NCBI RefSeq assembly: GCF_009914755.1
Contig: NC_060928.1
Origin: the human T2T-CHM13v2.0 reference genome, Homo sapiens
Length of the DNA stretch: 64,000 nt
Direction: 5' to 3' (one strand)
Made by a program: the position numbers and the translations under genes. The notes beneath the pieces are model-generated. The model saw only the letters and a program-made list of their open reading frames with translations, searched no databases and had not been told where the DNA came from. Positions 59,001 to 64,000 of this stretch are shown one piece after another (within the stretch, counting starts at the first letter, position 1; every line of letters begins with the position of its first letter).

Positions 59001-59520
59001 CCCATGTTTCATGCATCTTCAGCACCACCTGTACTTACCACCAGGCTACAATTACAAAGAACATTAAAACAAGAAACACTCCACATTAATGGGACTTCTG
59101 AAAGAAGACACCACATTCCCTTCACCATACTCACATATCTTGGAGTTTTCTGCCAGGCTTTATCCAAACACATGTGTATTAAGCTAGAACACCACTTTGT
59201 ATTAACCTCTTGTATCCACATAGCATCACATATTACATATTTTGTTTTGTTGCGTAGTCTCTAGAGTTGTAATATTTAGTGACTATACAATGTTCCATCA
59301 GCATAGACTATAATGTATTTTGTATCTTGATATATATTTTTATCATTTCCATTTTCTCCCTGTAATTACATATGCTCTTTTTTTTTTTGCCTTTTGAATC
59401 ATTTCTTAGAATATATTTCTAGAAGTAGGATTTCCAGGCCAAAAATATAGACATTTTTATGGCTCTTTTTATTTACTATCCAATTATTGCTTTTCAAGAG
59501 GATTGAACTGGTTTATACAG

Positions 59521-59676
59521 CTATCTCTAATATACACGCATATGTACTATATATTTATACATATATACATATGTACATGTGTACTATATATGTATATATA
59601 TTAGAGGTATAGTACATATGTATGTACTATATATATGTATTTAGAGATATAGTACATATGTATGTACACACACACA
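59521..59676. repeat. AT-rich (TA/TG) palindromic low-complexity repeat
   Basis: 40-bp-period partial duplication at 59601 and 59641; perfect 11-bp-arm inverted repeat at 59608-59631. Confidence 0.9.
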
Positions 59677-59909
59677 TCCAACTCTTTTTTGCTTAACAGC
59701 AAATCCCTGAGGAACTGCCATCATCAGCCTCATATTTATAAGTTAGAACTAAACACCACAGAGGTGAAGTAACTCAGTGTCAGATGACCAATGTCCCTTT
59801 TATGAGCTTCACTGGCTTCAAGTGCCTGTACCCAATATGTTCCTGGTTTCAATGAGTAATCGCTGACTATGTCTCTATCCTGTAATTTCTTCAGCTTGTG
59901 TCACAGTGA

Positions 59910-60105
59910 GACAGTGAGCATGGGGTCGGAAATATGTCAGCTCCATAGCTTACTACCTTTGAGACCGTGAATAAGTTAATGAGCCTTGCTAAGCCTCAGT
60001 TTCCTCAAATGTAAAATGGAATAGTACCTATATCATAGGCTTGCTTGGAGGACTTTAAAATTCAGTCCAGCAAATAAACTTACATAATAAGTGCTACTAT
60101 TATTT
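59910..60105 (+). mobile_element. MIR
   Basis: aagcctcagtttcctcaaatgtaaaatgg core. Confidence 0.8.
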
Positions 60106-60336
60106 TTCATGTTAATAAAAAATATTTTCTTGTTAGTCTTCCCTGGTGCCTTCTTCAGAGTAGAATAGCAGGTATCACTGAATCTCTATTATAATTTAAT
60201 AAATAGATTTCCTCACCTATTGTCAATCAGCAAATATTTTCTAAGTACTGTAACTTAGCTCCTTGCTAATTTTATAAGAATTTTATATAAAAATATTTAT
60301 TTATAAGTAATATAAAAATTTATAGAAATGTAAATA

Positions 60337-62475
60337 AGCTAGAAATATTCCCCTTAGGAATAGGAACAAGACAAGGATGCCCACTCTCACCACTCTTTTT
60401 CAACATAGTACTGGAAGTCCTAACCAGAGAAATCAGATAATATAAAGAAATAAAAGTCATACAAATAGGAAAAGAACAAGTCAAATTATCTCTCTTTGCT
60501 GACAATATGGTTCTATGCCTAGAAAAACCTAAAGACTCTACCAAAAGGCTTCTACAACTGATAAGTGACTTCAGTAAAGTTTTAGGCTACAAAATGAATG
60601 TACAAAAATCAGTACTATTTCTATACAGCAATAATGTTCAAGCTGAGAGCCAGATCAAGAACACAATCCCATTTACAATAGCCACAAAATTTAGTAAAAT
60701 ACCTAGGAATACATCTAACCAAGATGGTGAAAGATCTCTACAAGGAGAACTACGAAACACTGCTGAAATAAATCATGTGCCATCATGTGCCATCATGGAT
60801 GGCACAAATGGAAAAACATTTCATGCTTATGGATTTCAAGAATCAATATTATTAAAATGGCCATACCGCCCAAAGCAATCTACAGATTTAATGCTATTCC
60901 TATCAAACTAACAATGTCTAACAATTTTTTGCAGGAATAGAAAAAAAATTATCCTAAAATTCATATGGAACCAAACAAGAGCCTGCATAGCCAAGGAAAT
61001 TCTAAGCAAAAAGAACAAAGCTGGAGGCATCACCTTACCCAACTTCAAACTATGATGTATGGCTACAGTAACCAAAAGAGCATGGTATTAGTACAAAAAC
61101 AGAAATATAAACAGACCAGTGGAACAGAACAGAGAACTCAGAAATAAAGCTGCACACCTATGAACATCTGATCTTCGATAAAACTGACAAAAATAAGTAA
61201 TAGGGAAAGGATTCCCTATTCAATAAATGGTGCTGGGATAACTGGCTAGCCATATGCAGAAGAATGAAACTGGACCCTATCTTTCACCATATACAAAACT
61301 CAATATGGGTTAAATATTTAAATGTAAGACCTCAAACTATAAGAATCCTAGAAGAAAACCTAGTAAACACCATTCTGGACATTGACCTTGGCAAAGACTT
61401 CATGACTAAGTCCTTAAAAGCAATTGCAACAAAAGCAAAAATTGACAAGTGGGGCCTAATTAAACTAAAGAGCTTCTGCACAACAAATGAAACTATCAAC
61501 AGAGTAAACAGACAACCTAGAGAATGAGAGAAAAGACTCACAAACTATCTGACAGAGTTCTAATATCCAGAATCTTTAAAAAACTTGATTCAATAATCAA
61601 AAACTGAATAACCCCATTAAAAAGTAGATAAAAGACAGGAACAGACACTTCTCAAAAGAAGACATACAAGTGACCGACAAACATGTGACAAAATGTTCAG
61701 CATCACTAATCATCAGAGAAATGTAAATCAAAACCACGAAGAGATACCAACTCACAACAGTCAGATGGCTATTATTAAAAAGTCAATAAACAACAAGTGC
61801 TGACAGGGCTGTGGGGAAAAGGGAACACTTATATACTGTTGTTGGGAATGTAAATTAGTTCAGCCACTGTGGAAAGCAGATTGGAGATTTCTCAAAGAAC
61901 TTAAAACAGAACTACCATTCAACCCAGTAATCCCTTACTGAGTCTATATCCAAAGGAAAATAAATGATTCTACTAAAAAGACACATGAACACATACATTC
62001 ATTGCAGCATTATTCACAATAGCAAAGACTTGCGATCAACTTGGGTGCCTGCCAACAGCTGCCTGGATAAAGGAAATGTGGTACATATACACCATGGAAT
62101 ACTACACAGCCATAAAAAGAATGAAATCATGTCCTTTGCAGCAACATGAATGCAGCTGGAGGCCATTATCCTAAACGAATTAACACAGGAACAGAAAACC
62201 AAATACCACATGTTCTCACTTACAAGTCGGAGCTAAACATTAGGTACTCATGGAAATAAAGATGGAAACAACCAACACTGGGGACTACCAGAGTGGGGAG
62301 AGTGCAAGGAGGGCAGAGGCTGGAAAACTACGTATGGGGTACTATGCTTACTACCTGGGTGATAAGGTCATTCTTACCCCAAACTTCAGCATCATGCAAT
62401 ACACCCATGTATCAAACCTGCACATGTACCCCTAAAACTAAAAGTTGAAATTATTTTTTAAATGCTTAAATAAAA
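60337..62475 (+). mobile_element. 5'-truncated L1 (L1PA16/L1PB-like), disrupted ORF2 RT/C-terminus plus 3'UTR
   Basis: ggaacaagacaaggatgcccactctcacca encodes [10 protein letters not shown]; ORF-track fragments such as [15 protein letters not shown]; multiple stops and frameshifts; L1 3'UTR end aaacctgcacatgtacccc. Confidence 0.95.
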
Positions 62476-62774
62476 AGCATAACAATTATAAAAATTATAA
62501 AAGGTACAAAATAGATTATTTAGAAGTTTGTTAGTTTAAATGAGTATGTTTACTTTTAAATTGTAAACATATCCAATACTTTTCTATTATAAACCATAAT
62601 TATAAATATAAATTTTTTTAAAATAAAACATACAATGAAAGTTTCAACAATGAACAAATATTTTAAATATTTTTAAAAAGTAATCGAGTTAATAAAATAA
62701 GCATAGGCTTATAAAAGTAAGTGCTTATGAAATACATTTATGTCTGCTTCTAAGTTCCTTATAAATAAGATAAT

Positions 62775-62900
62775 GATATAGTGAAAAGCACATTGTTGGC
62801 TTTGCAGTCTGAAGACCTGAATTTGAAAACTGGCTTTGACACTTACTTGACATGTAACTTCTTTGTGGCTCATTTCTTCAGCAATAAAAAGTATAGTATA
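62775..62900 (+). mobile_element. MIR fragment
   Basis: tagtgaaaagcac..ggctttgcagtc..agacctgaattt. Confidence 0.6.
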
Positions 62901-63360
62901 TAATTTATATTTTATTTTATTTGTTATAAAAAGGAAGATCCAATCTTCTTTATTTGTCTGAAAACAATCAACAATCTTTTATGCATCTCTTTGGAATGTC
63001 AAACCATGACATGTGATATTACAGCGCACAATAGTCTATTCACTTGTATGATATAAACTCTAGATTCTATAGGCGTTTGGAAAAATAAGAAGGGAAATGA
63101 AAATAGGAAGTCATCTATTCAGACATGTGAAAGCATCACATAGAAGAAGAAATAATTTTCCTTAGTTCCCATATATCACTGGAGGTCAACTTCATACACA
63201 AAATCCCAGAACTAGGGAGTCCAAATGCAAACAGCTCATAAGAGTGCTTTCAATAACAGGGAAAGAGGGAGGCAGGGACGCTGTAACCTGCATCTCTGCA
63301 GGTGGGAGCTGCTTGAGACTGGCAGCAGGTTTGGGGAAAGGTATTAACGGGTAAGAGGCA

Positions 63361-63747
63361 TTTTATGGGTTAAATTACTTTCCCTCCAAGTTCATATGTC
63401 TTAACTCTTAGTACCTCAGAATATGACAAATATTAATATGACTGTATTTGGATGTAGGGTCTTTGAAGAGGTAATTAGTTAAAATGAGGTCATTAGGGTG
63501 GGCCCTAATCCAATCTGACTGGTGTCCTCATAAGAAGGGGAGATTAGCGTACAGATATGTACAGAGGAAAGACCATGTGAAGACTTGGCGAAAAGAACAC
63601 CCATCTGCAAGGCTTCAGAAGGAACCAATACAGCCCATGCCTTGATGTCAGACTTTTAGCCTTCAGAAATATGAGGGGAAATAATTCTATTGCTTGAGAT
63701 CCCCAGACTGTGGTACTATATTATGGTAGCCCTAGCCAACGAATACA
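63361..63747 (+). mobile_element. MLT1B-like MaLR solo LTR
   Basis: aaaatgaggtcattagggtgggccctaatccaatctgactggtgtcct hallmark; perfect 5-bp TSD aggca at 63356-63360 and 63748-63752. Confidence 0.92.
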
Positions 63748-63760
63748 AGGCATCCTAGGG

Positions 63761-63785
63761 AAAAAAAAAAAAAAAAAAAAAAAAA
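63761..63785. repeat. A25 homopolymer
   Basis: Directly visible. Confidence 0.95.
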
Positions 63786-64000
63786 GGGCTTCAATATGGG
63801 TGAAAACAACTCGGGGCAGAAGGTAGTCAGTGTAGGAAAGGTTTTCCAATGAACTGGGGAGAGGGTGTTGCAGTGACCAGTGACAAATCAGATGCAGACA
63901 TCTGAAGGGGTGGGGTTCTGCATGGCAGTGCTGAGCAGGCACTGGAGATATCTTATGCCTTACCCTCAAGGAGCTCCCCAAAGTGTAGTTGGGGAAAGAG

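Noticed and set aside
60507-62435. ORFs resembling reverse transcriptase/ORF2p
   Set aside because: Fragments of a 5'-truncated L1 with frameshifts and stops; not a functional CDS.
63761-63785. Orphan A25 as a truncated retro-insertion or processed-pseudogene tail
   Set aside because: No convincing TSD and no upstream mRNA-like or SINE body.

Overview
This is AT-rich primate (probably human or other hominoid) non-coding DNA, intronic or intergenic. AluY and an ERV9 LTR12 solo LTR place it in catarrhines. I recognise no protein-coding gene, RNA gene, pseudogene or CRISPR array and cannot name the locus. The longer ORFs come from Alu, LTR12 or L1 sequence, or are chance ORFs. Much of the window is transposon relic: about 16 Alu-family elements, L1, L2, L3/CR1, MIR, MaLR/ERV LTRs and DNA transposons. 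All repeat calls are by eye from remembered consensus sequences, so subfamilies and boundaries are approximate. The best leads are: (1) an intact 1.3-kb LTR12 whose GATA/TATA region has become a canonical TATA box and whose R-region poly(A) signal is deleted; (2) a candidate spliced + strand unit at 6.5-7.6 kb next to G4, octamer and ISRE motifs; (3) a CpG-retaining element at 52.2-53.0 kb with an overlapping IR1/DR1 nuclear-receptor site and a TATA box; (4) clear mutational footprints, namely a template-switch micro-inversion in an Alu, a duplicated (CA)n microsatellite, a perfect 28-bp VNTR and one endonuclease site used by two Alus. I found no convincing novel multi-gene system; the regulatory findings are hypotheses.
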